Assembly (NCBI RefSeq): GCF_004010195.1
Contig: NC_057752.1
Coordinates: forward strand, 14,934,203 to 14,966,442
Direction of reading: 5' to 3'
DNA length: 32,240 bases
DNA from: Chiloscyllium plagiosum
Lineage: Eukaryota
In this document: piece after piece, positions 1 to 11,791 of the stretch
Layout: every line of letters starts with the position of its first letter
Position numbering within the stretch: position 1 is the first letter of the stretch
The notes under the pieces: generated by a model
Told to the model about the DNA's origin: nothing
What the model saw: the letters and a program-made list of their open reading frames with translations, nothing else
Databases searched by the model: none
Program-made: the position numbers and the translations under genes

Positions 1-109
1 TCCAGTATGCTTTGTGCCTGCTAGTCAGTCACGCAACCAGTGCTTACCAGCTTTTCAGTTTTCACTCTCTTTTTTAAAGGTATGGAACATGCCTTCAACT
101 TCATAGCAG

Positions 110-343
110 TACCAACAGATTTAAGAACAATTTCTTCCTCACTGTTATCAGACTTATGAATGGGCCTCATATATTAGAGTTGATCTTTTTTCTGTACCTT
201 CTCTGTAGTTGTAACACTACATTCTGCATTGTTTCCTATTACCCTGATGTACTTATGTAAGGTATGATTTGTTTGTAGCACACCAAACAATACTTTTCAC
301 TGTATCTCAGTACATGTGACAATAATAAATCAGATCAAATGAA
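110..343 (+). mobile_element. Rex1/Babar-type LINE 3' end fragment
   Basis: Translates as TNRFKNNFFLTVIRLMN, similar to the Rex1 ORF C-terminus (compare 13830-13880). Followed by a 3' UTR ending catgtgacaataataaatcagatcaaat. Confidence 0.6.
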
Positions 344-429
344 ATCCGTGAGTTGTGACTGATGAGTACTCTTATTGAAGTTGAATTGATCGCCCAGACT
401 GAGAAGGGCATTGGGGAGGACTTGGTATC

Positions 430-1680
430 AAAGGCCAGTGAATATGTAACTAAAGAGCTGGTGTAGGAGGAAGGTCTTTCGATATCTAGATCATTGGGAA
501 CTCTTCCATGACAGGAGGGACCTGTACAGGAAGAACAGATTGCACCTAAACTGGAGCAGCACCAATATACTTGCAGGGAGGTTTGCTAGTGCTACTCAGG
601 AGGGTAAAGCTAGTGTTGCATGGGTGGGATTCGGCGCAATAGGTCAGCATGAGAAGTGATTTGAGGAGAATGTTGCGGTTAAGTCAAGTAAATCAGACAG
701 GCAGGGCCAGGTTAATGAACACAGCAAGACTGCCAGCCTGAAGCGTTTTTGTTTCACTGCAAGGAGCATAACAGGTAAGGCAGACGAGCTTTAGATCCTG
801 AATTAGTACGTGGAACTGCGATGCTTAGCCATTACGGAAACTCAGTTGGGAGAAGGACAGGATTGGCAGCTCAGCATTCCAGGGTTTCGATATTTCAGGT
901 GTGAGAGAGGATTATTGACTAAGGGGTATGTCACAGCTGCACTAAGAGAGGACATCTTGAAGGGCTCTTCCAGTGAGGCCGTATGGGTATAACTCAGGAG
1001 GAAGAAAGGTACAATCACTATGATAGGATTATACTAAAGGCCTCACAATAGCCAGCAGGAGATAGAGTAATAGGGTATGTAGACAATTTCATAAGTGTAA
1101 AAACAGTAAGTATAGTGGGTGAATTTAGTTTCCTCAATATTGACTGGGATTGCCTTAGTGCCAGGTACTTAGGTGGGCCAGAATTTGTTAGGTACATCCA
1201 GGAAGGTATTTTTTTTTTTAGATTACTTACAGTGTGGAAACAGGCCCTTCGGCCCAACAAGTCCACACCGCCCCGCCGAAGCGCAACCCACCCATACCCC
1301 TACCTTTACCCCTTACCTAACACTATAGACAATTTAGCATGGCCAATTCACCTGACCTGCACATCTTTGTGACTGTGGGAGGAAACCGGAGCACCCGGAG
1401 GAAACCCACGCAGACACGGGGAGAATGTGCAGACTCCACAATGTCAGTCGCCTGAGGCGGGAATTGAACCCGGATCTCTGGCGCTATGAGGCAGCAGTGC
1501 TAACCACTGTGCCACCGTGCCGCCCACTATTGTTGTGAAACAATTTCTAGATAGTCCAACCAGGAAAAGGGCCGGACTTGACCTTGTATTGGGGAATGAC
1601 CAGATGGTTGAAGTTTCAGTGTTTTGAGCATTTTAAGAACTGTAATCATAATTGTGTAAGTTTTAAGATAGCTATGGATG
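430..1680 (+). mobile_element. Decayed CR1-type LINE: ORF1 esterase C-terminus and ORF2 AP-endonuclease, interrupted by a SINE
   Basis: LYRKNRLHLNWSSTNILAGRFA (ORF1 SGNH end), then ARSITGKADEL, AITETQL, VGEFSFLNIDW and PTRKRAGLDLVL endonuclease motifs, with stops and frameshifts. Confidence 0.8.
1209..1527 (-). mobile_element. HE1-type tRNA-derived V-SINE, near full length
   Basis: On the minus strand: A box TGGCACAGTGG, B box GGTTCAATTCC, V-domain gggtttcctccgggtgctccggtttcctcccaca, HER1-like tail gggccgaagggcctgtttccacactg and an A-rich end. Confidence 0.88.
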
Positions 1681-1915
1681 ATTGATTAGATTAGATTAGA
1701 TTCCCTACAGTGTGGTAACAGGCCCTTCAGCCCAACCAGTCCACACCGACCCTCCGAAGAGTAACCCACCCAGACCCAATTCCCTGTGACTAATGCACCT
1801 AACACTATGGGCAATTAAGCATGGCCAATTCACCTGACCTGCACATCTTTGGCATGTGGGAGGAAATCCATGCAGACCTGGGGAGAATGTGCGAACTCCA
1901 CACAGTCGCCCGAGG
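1681..1915 (-). mobile_element. HE1-type SINE, 5'-truncated, (AATCT)n tail
   Basis: Same body and tail as 1209-1527; attag repeats at 1685-1700; tRNA head missing. Confidence 0.8.
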
Positions 1916-2312
1916 ACTTGTAGGAAAGCAATTGCTTTACTTGACCCTTTACTTAAACAAAACTTCCAGCTCCTGAGACTAACTTCCTAACTTTGGAGAA
2001 AGTGAAGCAAAGCCATAATACTCAGATAAACAATTCCTGACTTCATATTCTCATGGTTTTAATTTTTATTTCACTTTTTGAAACTCTGGCTGCCAATTTT
2101 CTCTCCAGGTAAGTGAGACGCCGACATCCTGGCCTTAATTTGTCTTCGTCCTGGTGCTTCCAATTTCTTCTAGATCCTAGCTCTTTCCTTAGATGAGTTG
2201 GAGTAAATTGTGCTTATGTTAGTTGGAGTTTAAAATACTATAATTTGAAATATTCTCTTTGAAATGTACAAGATTTTGAAGTGACTTGACAGAGTAGATA
2301 TTGATAAGTATT

Positions 2313-2543
2313 GTTGTGGTTCTGTTCGCCGAGCTGGGAATTTGTGTTGCAGACGTTTCATCCCCTGTCTAGGTGACATCTTCAGTGCTTGGGAGCCCCC
2401 TGTGAAGTGCTTCTGTGATGTTTCCTCCAGTATTTATAGTGGTTTGTCTCTGCCGCTTCCGGTTGTCAGAACAAATTCCCAGCTCGGCGAACAGAAGCAG
2501 AACAACGAGCACCCGAGCTACAAATCTCCTCTCAAACTTTGAA
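2313..2543. mobile_element. Penelope/Poseidon-type PLE non-autonomous foldback (two inverted pLTR pieces) with 13-bp TSD
   Basis: Inverted repeat ttctgttcgccgagctgggaatttgt / acaaattcccagctcggcgaacagaa; TSD attgataagtatt at 2300-2312 and 2543-2555. The same terminal sequence abuts the GIY-YIG ORF at 15952-16293. Confidence 0.85.
2348..2388 (-). ncRNA. Minimal hammerhead ribozyme motif (PLE family A)
   Basis: Minus strand GCA-CTGAAGA-T-GTCACCT(AGAC)AGGGGAT-GAAA-CG-TC-TGC: full catalytic core, GUC triplet, 3-bp stem I. Confidence 0.75.
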
Positions 2544-2861
2544 TTGATAAGTATTCCCCTTGGTTGCAAAATCTATAACATAGTCACACTGGATAAGGTG
2601 CTGATCATTTAAGACTGAGATGAGTAGATATTTCTTCTTAATTTTTGGCATTTTCTCCCTCAGAGGGTTGTGGAGACAGGTAATTTTTTTTTATCTCAGG
2701 GTTTCGAGGGATATGGGAAGTAGGTGGGAGTGGAGTTGAAGCCATGATCGTCTTGAATGATGGAGCAGGCTCAATGGACTGAATGGTCTACTCCTGCTCC
2801 TCTTTCTTGCATCTTAAATTTTTAAACTGTGCCCCAGTCCTAGAATCACTCAACATCTACA

Positions 2862-3182
2862 GGCAGCACAGTGACTCAGTGGTTAGCACTGCTGCCTCAC
2901 AGCACCAGGGACTCGGGTTTGATTCCCATCTCTGTCTGTGTGGAGTTTGCATATTCTCCTCGTGTCTGTGTGGGATTCCTCCGGGTGCTCCAGTTTCCTC
3001 CCACAATCCAAAGATGTGCAGGTCAGGTAATTGGCAATTCTAAATTGCCCATAGTGTTAGGTGCATTAATCAGGGATAAATATAGGGTAGGGAATGGGTC
3101 TGGGTGGGTTACTCTTTGGAAGGTCGGTATGGACTTGTTGGACCAAATGGCCTGTTTCCATACTGTAGGGTATCTAATCTAA
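2862..3182 (+). mobile_element. HE1-type V-SINE
   Basis: tRNA head (tgactcagtggttagcac...ggtttgattcc), V-domain, tail ending atctaatctaa. Confidence 0.85.
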
Positions 3183-3499
3183 CAGTCAGATAATGTTTCT
3201 TTTGTGACTTGAGCATGAACTAAATTCACAAATGTATGTTAAAACACAATCAGGTTATACAATCAAATGTAATTGCTGCGTCAGTTGTTTGAGCAATGAG
3301 GTAAGGAAAGGGTGTCCAGAGTTTAATTTTTGTGGGCTACGCAGATGTGCATCAGGGAGTGTCAGGTGTTGCATGTAAAGCTTAATTTGTTCTGAATAAT
3401 TCGCACATACTGCAAGTTGACATATTGATACTTGGGATTTGTCTGCTAATTAGGCTGCACTTTTCAAATCTTCAGATTCCACAATTCCATGAATATTTC

Positions 3500-3939
3500 A
3501 GGATTACAGGATGTGAATTGCATGGACCAGAAGGGCTGAATATGTTTGAGTTTTAAGGGAGGAAGGCTAAGGGAGGACCTGTTTGAGGTCTATAAAATTT
3601 TGAGGGGCATGGACAGGGTGAATAGAAAACAGATGTTCCCCTTACATTGACGGATCAATAGCAAGGAGCATACATTTAAGGTGAAGGGCAGGAGGTTTAG
3701 AGGAGATTTGAGGAAAGTATTTTCACCCAAATGGTAGTGAGAATCTGGAATGCACTCTCTGCAAGAGTAGTGAAAGGTATGAAACCTCACAACCTTGCAA
3801 GAAGTATAAAGGCGAGCATTTGAAATGTAATAACATTCAATGCTGTAAGCCAAGTGCTGGAAAGTGGGATTAGTGTTGTTAGGTTGGTGCAGACTTGATG
3901 GGATGAAGGACCTCTTCTGTGCTTTATAAATCTATGACT
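3500..3939 (+). mobile_element. Old CR1/HER1 3' end fragment
   Basis: RRLREDLFEVYKILRGMDRV and FKVKGRRFRGDLRK motifs followed by a 3' UTR. Confidence 0.75.
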
Positions 3940-4548
3940 TTGAGGCTATAATTTTGGGTCAAATTGAATGGAAGTGTTGATGTCTTGTGTTGCTGGTTTC
4001 TCCAGTCATGATTCTTGAATTGCTTAAAGTTCAATAGCAATGACTACCAATGGATCTGTGATATTTGTTTACTTCCCATTTACCTATCTCCTCAGAAACA
4101 TGATCAGCGGTTATTCAGCAAAACATTAGTATGTTTTACTTTGTGGCATGACGCCATGTAGTTCTGCTTATTTTAATGTATAAACAACCTGTCTGTATTC
4201 ACATGTACTGACCTTTAGGATGATGAGTGTGGACTTAAGAGCAACAATATGAGTCATCAGTGAAGTTTCTGTTGAACAGCCAGTGAGCACAATGGAATTC
4301 AAAAATCCAGTTTCATGGTCAAAAGCTGTCCATTCTTTCAGTTGTGAAACCTCCACAAACAAATAAGGATATTGCAATCATCTCTGAGGTCGGGGAAGGA
4401 GAAGCGTAAGGAACACTTAATGACACTTACCAATTAAGTGTCTTGTGTTACAAGTTGTAATAACCAGGTATTCTTTTTGTGGTTGAAAGACTGATATTGA
4501 CTCCCTGCTCCTTTTGCAGTAGTTTTTGCATCCACCTGATACTTGGTT

Positions 4549-6450
4549 TTAGAACATAGAACAGTACAGCACAGAACAGGCCCTTCAGCCCACGATGTTG
4601 TGCCGACCACTGATCCTCATGTATGCACCCTCAAATTTCTGTGACCATATGCATGTCCAGCAGTCTCTTAAATGTCCCCAATGACCCTACCTCCACAACT
4701 GCTGCTGGCAACGCATTCCATGCTCTCACAACTCTCTGTGTAAAGAAAGAACCAGCCTCTGACCCTCTATACTTTCCTCCAAAAAGCTTAAAACTATGAC
4801 CCCTCGTGTCATTTCTGCCCTGGGAAATAGTCTCTGGCTATCGACTCTATCTATGCCTCTCATTACCTTGTATACCTCAATTAGGTCCCCTCTCCTCCTC
4901 CTTTTCTCCAATGAAAAAAGGCAACCTCTCCTCATAAGATAAGCCCTCCAGTCCAGGCAGCATCGTGGTAAACCCCCTCTGAACCCTCTCCAAAGCATCC
5001 ACATCTTCCCTATAATAGGGCAACCAGAACTGGACTCAGTATTCCAAGTGCGGTCTAANNNNNNNNNNNNNNNNNNNNNNNNNNNNNNNNNNNNNNNNNN
5101 NNNNNNNNNNNNNNNNNNNNNNNNNNNNNNNNNNNNNNNNNNNNNNNNNNNNNNNNNNNNNNNNNNNNNNNNNNNNNNNNNNNNNNNNNNNNNNNNNNNN
5201 NNNNNNNNNNNNNNNNACCCATCCTTCAATCTCCTCATCCAAGTCATTAATAAAAATTACAAACAATCGAGGCCCAAGGACAGAGCCCTGTGGAACACCA
5301 CTCACCACAGACTTCCAGGCAGAATATTTTCCTTCTACTACCACTCGCTGTCTTCTGTTGGCCAGCCAATTCTGTATCCAGACAGGTAAGTTCCCCTGTA
5401 TCCCATTCCTCCTGACCTTCTGAATGAGCCTACCATGGGGAACCTTATCAAATACCTCGCTGAAGTCCATATACAAAACATCCACAGCTCGACCCTCATC
5501 AACCTTTCTAGTCACGTCCTCAAAGAACTCGATAAGGTTTGTGAGGCATGACCTGCCCCTCACAAAGCTGTGTTGACTGCATTTACTCAAGCCATGCTCT
5601 TCCAGATAGTCATAAATCCTATCCCTCAGAATCCTTTCTAACACCTTGCAGATGACAGACGTGAGACTTACTGGTCTGTAATTGCCGGGGATTTCCCCAT
5701 TTCCTTTCTTGAAGAGAGGAATTACATTTGCCTCCCTCCAGTCCTCAGGTACGACTCCGGTGGAGAGCGAGGATTCAAAGATCTTCGCAAGTGGCGAAGC
5801 AATTGCATTTCTCGTTTCCCAAAGCAGCCGAGGACAAATCTGGTCTGGGCCTGGTGACTTGTCAATCTTAATGTTTGACAAAAAATTTTCAGCATATCAG
5901 CTTCCTCTATCTCTATCCATTCCAGCATGCACACCTGCTCTTCAAAGGTTTCATTCACTACAAAGTTCATTTCTTTCGTAAAGACAGAAGCAAAAACCTC
6001 ATTTAGGGCTTCCCCTACCTCCTCCGACTCCACACACAAATTCCCTTTGCTATCCCTGATCAGCCCTACTCTTTCTTTGACCATTCTCTTGTTCCTCACA
6101 TGAGTGTAAAATGCCTTTGTGTTCTCCCTAATCCGTTTTGCCAAGCCTTTCTCATGCACCCTCCTGGCTCTCCTCAGACCATTTTTGAGCTCCTTCCTCA
6201 CCTGCCTGTAATCCTCTAGAGCTGAGCTTGACCCTAGCTTCCTCCACCTTATGTCAGCTACCTTCTTCCTTTTGACAAGAAGCTCCACCGCTCTCGTCAT
6301 CCAAGGTTCCTTTATCTTACCACTTCTTGCCTGTCTCAGAGGGACATGCAACAACAGCTCCTTAAACAGTCTCCACATGTCTATAGTGCCTTTACCATGG
6401 AACAATTGCTCCCAATCCATGCTTCCTAACTCATGTCTAATCGCATCACA
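4549..6450 (-). mobile_element. HER1-type CR1 LINE ORF2 (RT domain) and 3' tail, frameshifted, spans an N-gap
   Basis: ORFs 5722-6420, 5036-5881 and 4726-5247: [46 protein letters not shown]; tail (gttctat)n at about 4549-4565. Confidence 0.92.
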
Positions 6451-6579
6451 ATATCTGCTGGCTTAGCCAGGGATGCATACTTCGCATGAACAAATTTAAA
6501 AAAAATGTAAGTAACATGCATGTCCATGTTTTACCAAAGAATGGGAATCATCTGATTCAGTATCTGAAGGGCTAACAGA

Positions 6580-7187
6580 CTCCAGAGAAGAAATGTCTCC
6601 TTAGCTCCATTGTAAATGGAAGACACCTTATTTTGAAACTTCCCACCAAATTCTCAATTTTCTCACAGGCCTCTACACTGGCAAGCTCTCGGAATCTTAC
6701 ATGTCACAATAAGATCACCTCTCATTCCTGTAAAGTATAGTATGTGAATAAAGGCCCAATTTGTGCAGCAAATGCTGAGATTGCTGGAAAGGTTCAGCAG
6801 ATCTGGCAGCATCTGTGGAGAGAAATCAGAGTTAGGGTTTTGGGTCAAGTGACCCTTCCTCAGAACCTGAAACATTAACTCTAATTTATCTCCACAGATA
6901 CTGCTAGATGTTTTCAGCAACTTCTGTTTTTGTTTCTGATTTACAGCATCTGCAGTTCTTTTGGTTTTTATTTCCAATTTGTGCAACCTTTACTGAAAAT
7001 ATAACATCATCATAAATTGCCTATTAGTTCTTTTGTTCTCAAGTAAGGGGACCAAAAATATTTAGAGTACTTTTGTCTGATCAGTGACTTTGCTTTTGCA
7101 GAAAATTTCCCTGTTGGTGTACTCTACCTCCTCACAATAAAGGCCAACATTTCATTTGCCTTCCTAATTATTTGGTGTATCTGCATA
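6580..7187 (-). mobile_element. Older CR1 3'-half fragment (host of the PLE mini-element 6768-6973)
   Basis: QIHQIIRKANEMLAFIVRR and MRGDLIVTCKI on the minus strand. Confidence 0.6.
6768..6973. mobile_element. PLE-derived foldback mini-element (family C) with 12-bp TSD and a degenerate hammerhead
   Basis: TSD ccaatttgtgca at 6756-6767 and 6974-6985; inverted arms gcagcatctgtggagagaaatcagagtta / taactctaatttatctccacagatactgc; minus-strand CTGAGGA-A-GGGTC(ACTT)GACCC-AAAAC at 6836-6863. Confidence 0.75.
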
Positions 7188-7920
7188 GCCAACATCCTGA
7201 AATCACTTTTTATATCCTCGATCCTTTTCCTGGCTATATCATTAGTGCCAATATGTAACAAGATTTCTGGCTGTTCGTCCTCCCCTTTTAGAACCTTATA
7301 CACCCAATCGGAGACATCCTGGACCCTGGCACCAGGGAGGCAACATACCTTCCGGGAATCCCGATCCTGACCACAAAATCTCCTGTCGATTCCCCTAACT
7401 ATCGAGTCCCCTACCACGAGTACTTTTCTATTCTGCCCGCTTCCCTTCTTTGCCACAGTGTCAGGCTCAGTGCCAGAGAACTGACTGCTATGGCTTTCCT
7501 CTGGTAGGTCATCCCCCCAGCAGTATCCAAAATGGTATACTTATTGATGAGGGTAATGTCCACAGGGGAACTCTGCACTGTCTGACTGTCCCCTTTCCTC
7601 CCCCTAACTATAACCCATCTATCCTTGTCCTGAGCCTTAGGAGTGACCAACTCCCGGTAACTCCTCTCAATTACCCCCTCAGCCTCCCGAATGATCCGTA
7701 GTTCATCCAGCTCTAGCTCCAATTCCCTAACACGGTTTTCAAGGAGCCGGAGTTGGGTGCACTTCCCGCAGATGTAGCCAGCGGAGACATGTGCCATGTC
7801 TCCCACCTGCCACATTCTGCAGGAGGAGCAAGCAACTGCCCTGCATCCATATCCGACTTATCTGAACACCCACTCAGTACTAAAGTAGAAAGCTTAGTTC
7901 AAGTTGCTATAAAATTAATA

Positions 7921-8090
7921 ACAGGAGAAAGTGAGGACTGCAGATGCTGGAGATCAGAGCTGAGAATGTGTTGCTGGAAAAGCGCAGCAGGTCAGGCAGC
8001 ATTCCTGAAGAAGGGCTTATGCCCGAAACGCCGATTCTCCTGTTCCTTGGATGCTGCCTGACCTGCGCTTTTCCAGCAACACATTCTCAG
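7921..8090. mobile_element. 170-bp Neptune-type PLE foldback mini-element (family B) with 12-bp TSD
   Basis: TSD ataaaattaata at 7909-7920 and 8091-8102; ~40-bp inverted repeat 7959-8002 / 8051-8090; same terminal sequence as the RT-bearing PLEs at 19770-22131 and 23884-24975. Confidence 0.88.
8002..8035 (+). ncRNA. Hammerhead ribozyme motif (family B), cleavage triplet mutated to GCC
   Basis: CTGAAGA-A-GGGC(TTAT)GCCC-GAAA-CG-CC-GA; sister copies have GTC or GTT. Confidence 0.65.
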
Positions 8091-9129
8091 ATAAAATTAA
8101 TAGCAAACTTATATTCAATAGAGTAAGTTTAGAATGAACCTTACCTTATTAACCAGGTTAGAGGAGGAGGGCGGGTGGGAGACACTACAGTTGTACAGTC
8201 TCTGGTTTAGCCGCCTTTCTGATATATGTGGTCACTGCTTTCCTTCCCGGCTGCCTCTCTGGTCCTTGTCACTTCCTCCGCTGTTTTATCATCTCAATTT
8301 AATGCATGCACATATCCCCAGTGCTGCACTGATGTGTTAGCTGAAATTGGACACTTGGGGCCCTGGGGTGCAGTTCAAAACCCAGGAGGGTTTCCCAGTT
8401 TGGCCTGAGTACCACATTTCATTTCTAGTGTGGTAGTGGCAAAAACATCATGCAACCCTTCACTTATTAAATCAGAGTCGAAATTTTCAAGTTTTGAATT
8501 TCATTGAATCATGGGTTAATCTTCTGAATGCTGTGATCAAATGCACTTGAAGGATCAGGATGACCCTACTGGGGGCAGATACCATTTCACTGATAGAGTT
8601 GTGATCTCTATTATCATAGAGTTTCTGTATGCAGAACCACCAACAATAAATTTAACCTTTCAATTGGATTCTTTACTTTAAATTTAGCACAAAAATGTTC
8701 CAACCTGGAACCTTTTTAACTTGAATTATAGAGGTGTAAAATTAACAGAACAGCTTCCCAGACCAGCTGTTTCCCTGCACAAGTGGCTCTCATTACACGT
8801 AGAACTGCGTCAAACCTGGTACATGGTTCTCTTATAATATGTTGTGTAGTTTCATTTAGTTGCAGTGTTATGGAGGCATTAAAACAAATAATTCTAAAAT
8901 TATAAGCTTCAATGTGTGGAAACTGTGCAACTTATCAGTAATTATATACAGCCAAGTGTTAGCCCATTGGCCTCACCAGAAAAACGATTTCAGTGGGGTC
9001 TGTTTCCCATAGTGATGAGAAAGATTCCTGTTATGGGATGAAGCAACTAGTTGTTTGCAGACTGTTACTTTGAAAGAGTTAATTATTTCCTTTGTATTAA
9101 ATCATACTTTCATCTGGGCCAGCCAGTCT

Positions 9130-9390
9130 AATCTCACTCTCCTCCTCACTCCTCCTCACTCCTCCATATCTTTTAATATCCCATTTGCCTCCTCCTCACA
9201 CCCGAGATCCTTTAATATCCCACCCACACTTACCTCACACTTTCCCCGACTTCCATCACACCTTTGTGTCCACCCTGTTCAAGCCTGTCCACCCTGTTCA
9301 AGCACACATCTCGCTTCCAGCGCCCTTGTATATCCCATCCAGTCAAATACAATAATCCCTCCATCCTTTAATATTCCACTAAGTCTAATC
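9130..9390. repeat. Low-complexity pyrimidine-rich region with short internal repeats
   Basis: ctcactcctc x3, tttaatatccc-like x4, tgtccaccctgttcaagc x2. Confidence 0.45.
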
Positions 9391-10034
9391 TAATTCTTTG
9401 TTGTGATGAATTGGAATTTGTGTCCGCTCATGATAGTCTTGCTAATCATTTGAGGAAATCTCACAATTAATTTTAATGTAAAGTTTCAGAATCTGTCTTG
9501 GCAAAAACTGCAGCTCCTTGGATCTGCCTTTTTAACGGTTGCTCCTCATTTCTTCCTTTTAGTCCAGTTTAATTTTGTTGTCCACTGGACCACTCCTTAC
9601 TGACTGCCATCACGTTCACTACTGCCTTTTGTATTTTATCCTATGTTCTTTCCCCTTTCTGTTTGTGACCAGTAATCCTTGCTGAACTTTTGCTGACTTG
9701 TTCTTCCTATATTGCAACACTGCTTCCTTGAATCCTCATGGTTGAAATCAAGATTCATTGATACACTGTCTATGCAGACTCTTTTCGTAGTCTTAGAACT
9801 GTGGTCCCTGCCCAAACTTTGTATCTAGGAGTAATTTAATTGATTTCACCTTCTGTCTCTTTTTTTTTTAGTCGGGACGGGGTCCTGTGTTGTGGGGCTT
9901 GGGTTCCCAACTTAAGAAAAACACCCTTGTTTGTTGAGTATACCTGTTGAAAGAGCATATATTTTGCAAAGATTAGCCTTGGGTTTGTGCCAGTGGGAAC
10001 AAAGGTGCAAACAAATGATCACTGTATTTCAGAC

Positions 10035-10190
10035 AAAAAAACCCAAAAGTACTGTGGATGCTGGAAATTTGAAACAAAAAGAGAAATTGCTGGAAAATCT
10101 CAGCAGGCCTGGCAGCATTAGTGAAGAGAAATAGGGTCCAGTGACCTTTCTTCAGAACTGATTGTAGCTAGGAAAAGAATATTTTCAAAA
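10035..10190 (-). mobile_element. PLE family C terminal repeat; the element apparently resumes at about 11449-11555 after a HER1 insertion
   Basis: Reverse complement of the 6890-6973 arm (gatgctggaaatttgaaacaaaaagagaaattgctggaaaatctcagcagg); truncated hammerhead CTGAAGA-A-AGGTC(ACTG)GACCC on the minus strand at 10134-10155. Confidence 0.6.
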
Positions 10191-11448
10191 ATATTCCGAG
10201 GATTATGTGGGAAGCAAGAGAGGAAATTGCAGTACCGTTGGCAACGATCTTTTCGTCTTCACTGTCAACGGGGGTGGTACCAGGGGACTGGAGAGTGGCG
10301 AATGTTGTGCCCCTGTTCAAAAAAGGGAATAGGGATAACCCCGGGAATTACAGGCCAGTTAGTCTTACTTCGGTGGTAGGTAAAGTAATGGAAAGGGTAC
10401 TGAGGGATAGGATTTATGAGTATCTGGAAAGACACTGCTTGATTAGGGACAGCCAGCACGGATTTGTGAAGGGTAGGTCTTGCCTTACAAGTCTGATTGA
10501 ATTCTTTGAGGAGGTGACCAAGCATGTGGATGAGGGAAGAGCAGTGGATGTAGTGTACATGGATTTTAGTAAGGCATTTGATAAGGTTCCCCATGGTAGG
10601 CTTATGCGGAAAGTCAGGAGGCATGGGATAGAGGGAAATTTGGCCAATTGGATAGAAAACTGGCTAACCAGTCGAAGGCAGAGAGTGGTGGTAGATGGTA
10701 AATATTCAGCCTGGAGCCCAGTTACAAGTCGAGTTCCGCAGGGATCAGTTCTGGGTCCTCTGCTGTTTGTAAATTTTATTAATGACTTGGATGAGGGAGT
10801 CGAAGAGTGGGTCAGTAAATTTGCAGATGATACGAAGATAGGTGGAGTTGTGGACAGTGAGGAGGGCTGTTGTCGGCTACAGAGGGACTTAGATATGATG
10901 CAGAGCTGGGCTGAGGAGTGGCAGATAGAGTTCAACCCTGCCAAATTTGAGGTTGTCCATTTTGGAAAGACGCCTCACTTTAGGAAAGATGTGGGAGCTT
11001 TGGAGAGGTTGCAGAGAAGATTTACCAGGATGTTGCCTGGAATGGAGAATAGGTCGTATGAGGATAGGTTGAGAGTGCTAGGCCTTTTCTCATTGGAATG
11101 GCGAAGGATGAGGGGTGACTTGATAGAGGTTTATAAGATGATCAGAGGAATAGGTAGAGTAGACAGTCAGAAACTTTTTCCCCGGGCACAACCGAGTGTT
11201 ACAAGGGGACATAAATTTACGGTGAAGGGTGGAAGGTATAGGGGAGATGTCAGGGGTGGGTTCTTTACCCAGAGAGTGGTGGGGGCATGGAATGCGCTGC
11301 CTGTGGGAGTGGCAGAGTCAGAATCATTGGCGACCTTTAAGCGGCAATTGGATAGGTACATGGATAGGCGCTTAAGCTAGGACAAATGTTCGGCACAACA
11401 TCGTGGGCCGAAGGGCCTGTTCTGTACTGTATTGTTTTATGTTCTATG
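10191..11448 (+). mobile_element. 5'-truncated young HER1/CR1 LINE: open 391-aa RT ORF (10205-11380) with an internal in-frame deletion, plus 3' tail
   Basis: [46 protein letters not shown]; tail gggccgaagggcctgttctg...ttttatgttctatg. Confidence 0.93.
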
Positions 11449-11724
11449 GGGTGGGGGAAGTGTAAGTGTAGGTGGAAAAAGGGCCCAAAGAGAGAGAAAA
11501 ACAGTTGGACAGACAAAGGAATGGTTCACGGTCACTCTGGAGGAATGAATAGCTGTGCATTTTGGCAAATACCTTGTTAAACACCAGGAGTGATAGCGAA
11601 ATTAATGACAATGAATAAGGAAAAGCAAAAAAGATTGGAACTGAAATCCTGTCGGAGAGAAGAGCAGAACTACTTCAAGGTGGCCATACCAGGAAGCGAT
11701 GTGGCAATGGGTTAAACACTGAGA

Positions 11725-11791
11725 TAAAACACCAAAAGAGCAGTGGATGCTGGAAATCTGGAACAAAAACAGAAATTGCTGGAAAATCTCC
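11725..11791 (-). repeat. PLE family C terminal fragment
   Basis: gtggatgctggaaatctggaacaaaaacagaaattgctggaaaatctc, matching 10050-10101. Confidence 0.6.

Larger units (their letters stand above)
2261..2815 (+). mobile_element. Old CR1 3' end split by a PLE mini-element
   Basis: EMYKILK-LDRVD motif, tttaagactgagatgag, and 3' UTR ggagcaggctc...tggtctactcctgctcct. Confidence 0.65.
7188..8288 (-). mobile_element. HER1/CR1 5' UTR and ORF1 (Cys motif, coiled coil, SGNH esterase)
   Basis: ORFs 7411-7815 (CGKCTQLRLLENRVRELELEL) and 7124-7456 (VLVVGDSIVR, CLPGARVQDV, LHIGTND), the typical CR1 ORF1 esterase blocks. Confidence 0.88.

Noticed and set aside
4497..4522. Acceptor-like ctccctgctccttttgcAG
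   Set aside because: Followed immediately by TAG in frame 0, no recognisable coding sequence, and a LINE tail about 30 nt later.
9055..9393. 112-aa Pro/Ser/His-rich ORF
   Set aside because: Arises from low-complexity pyrimidine-rich DNA; no recognisable domain or splice context.
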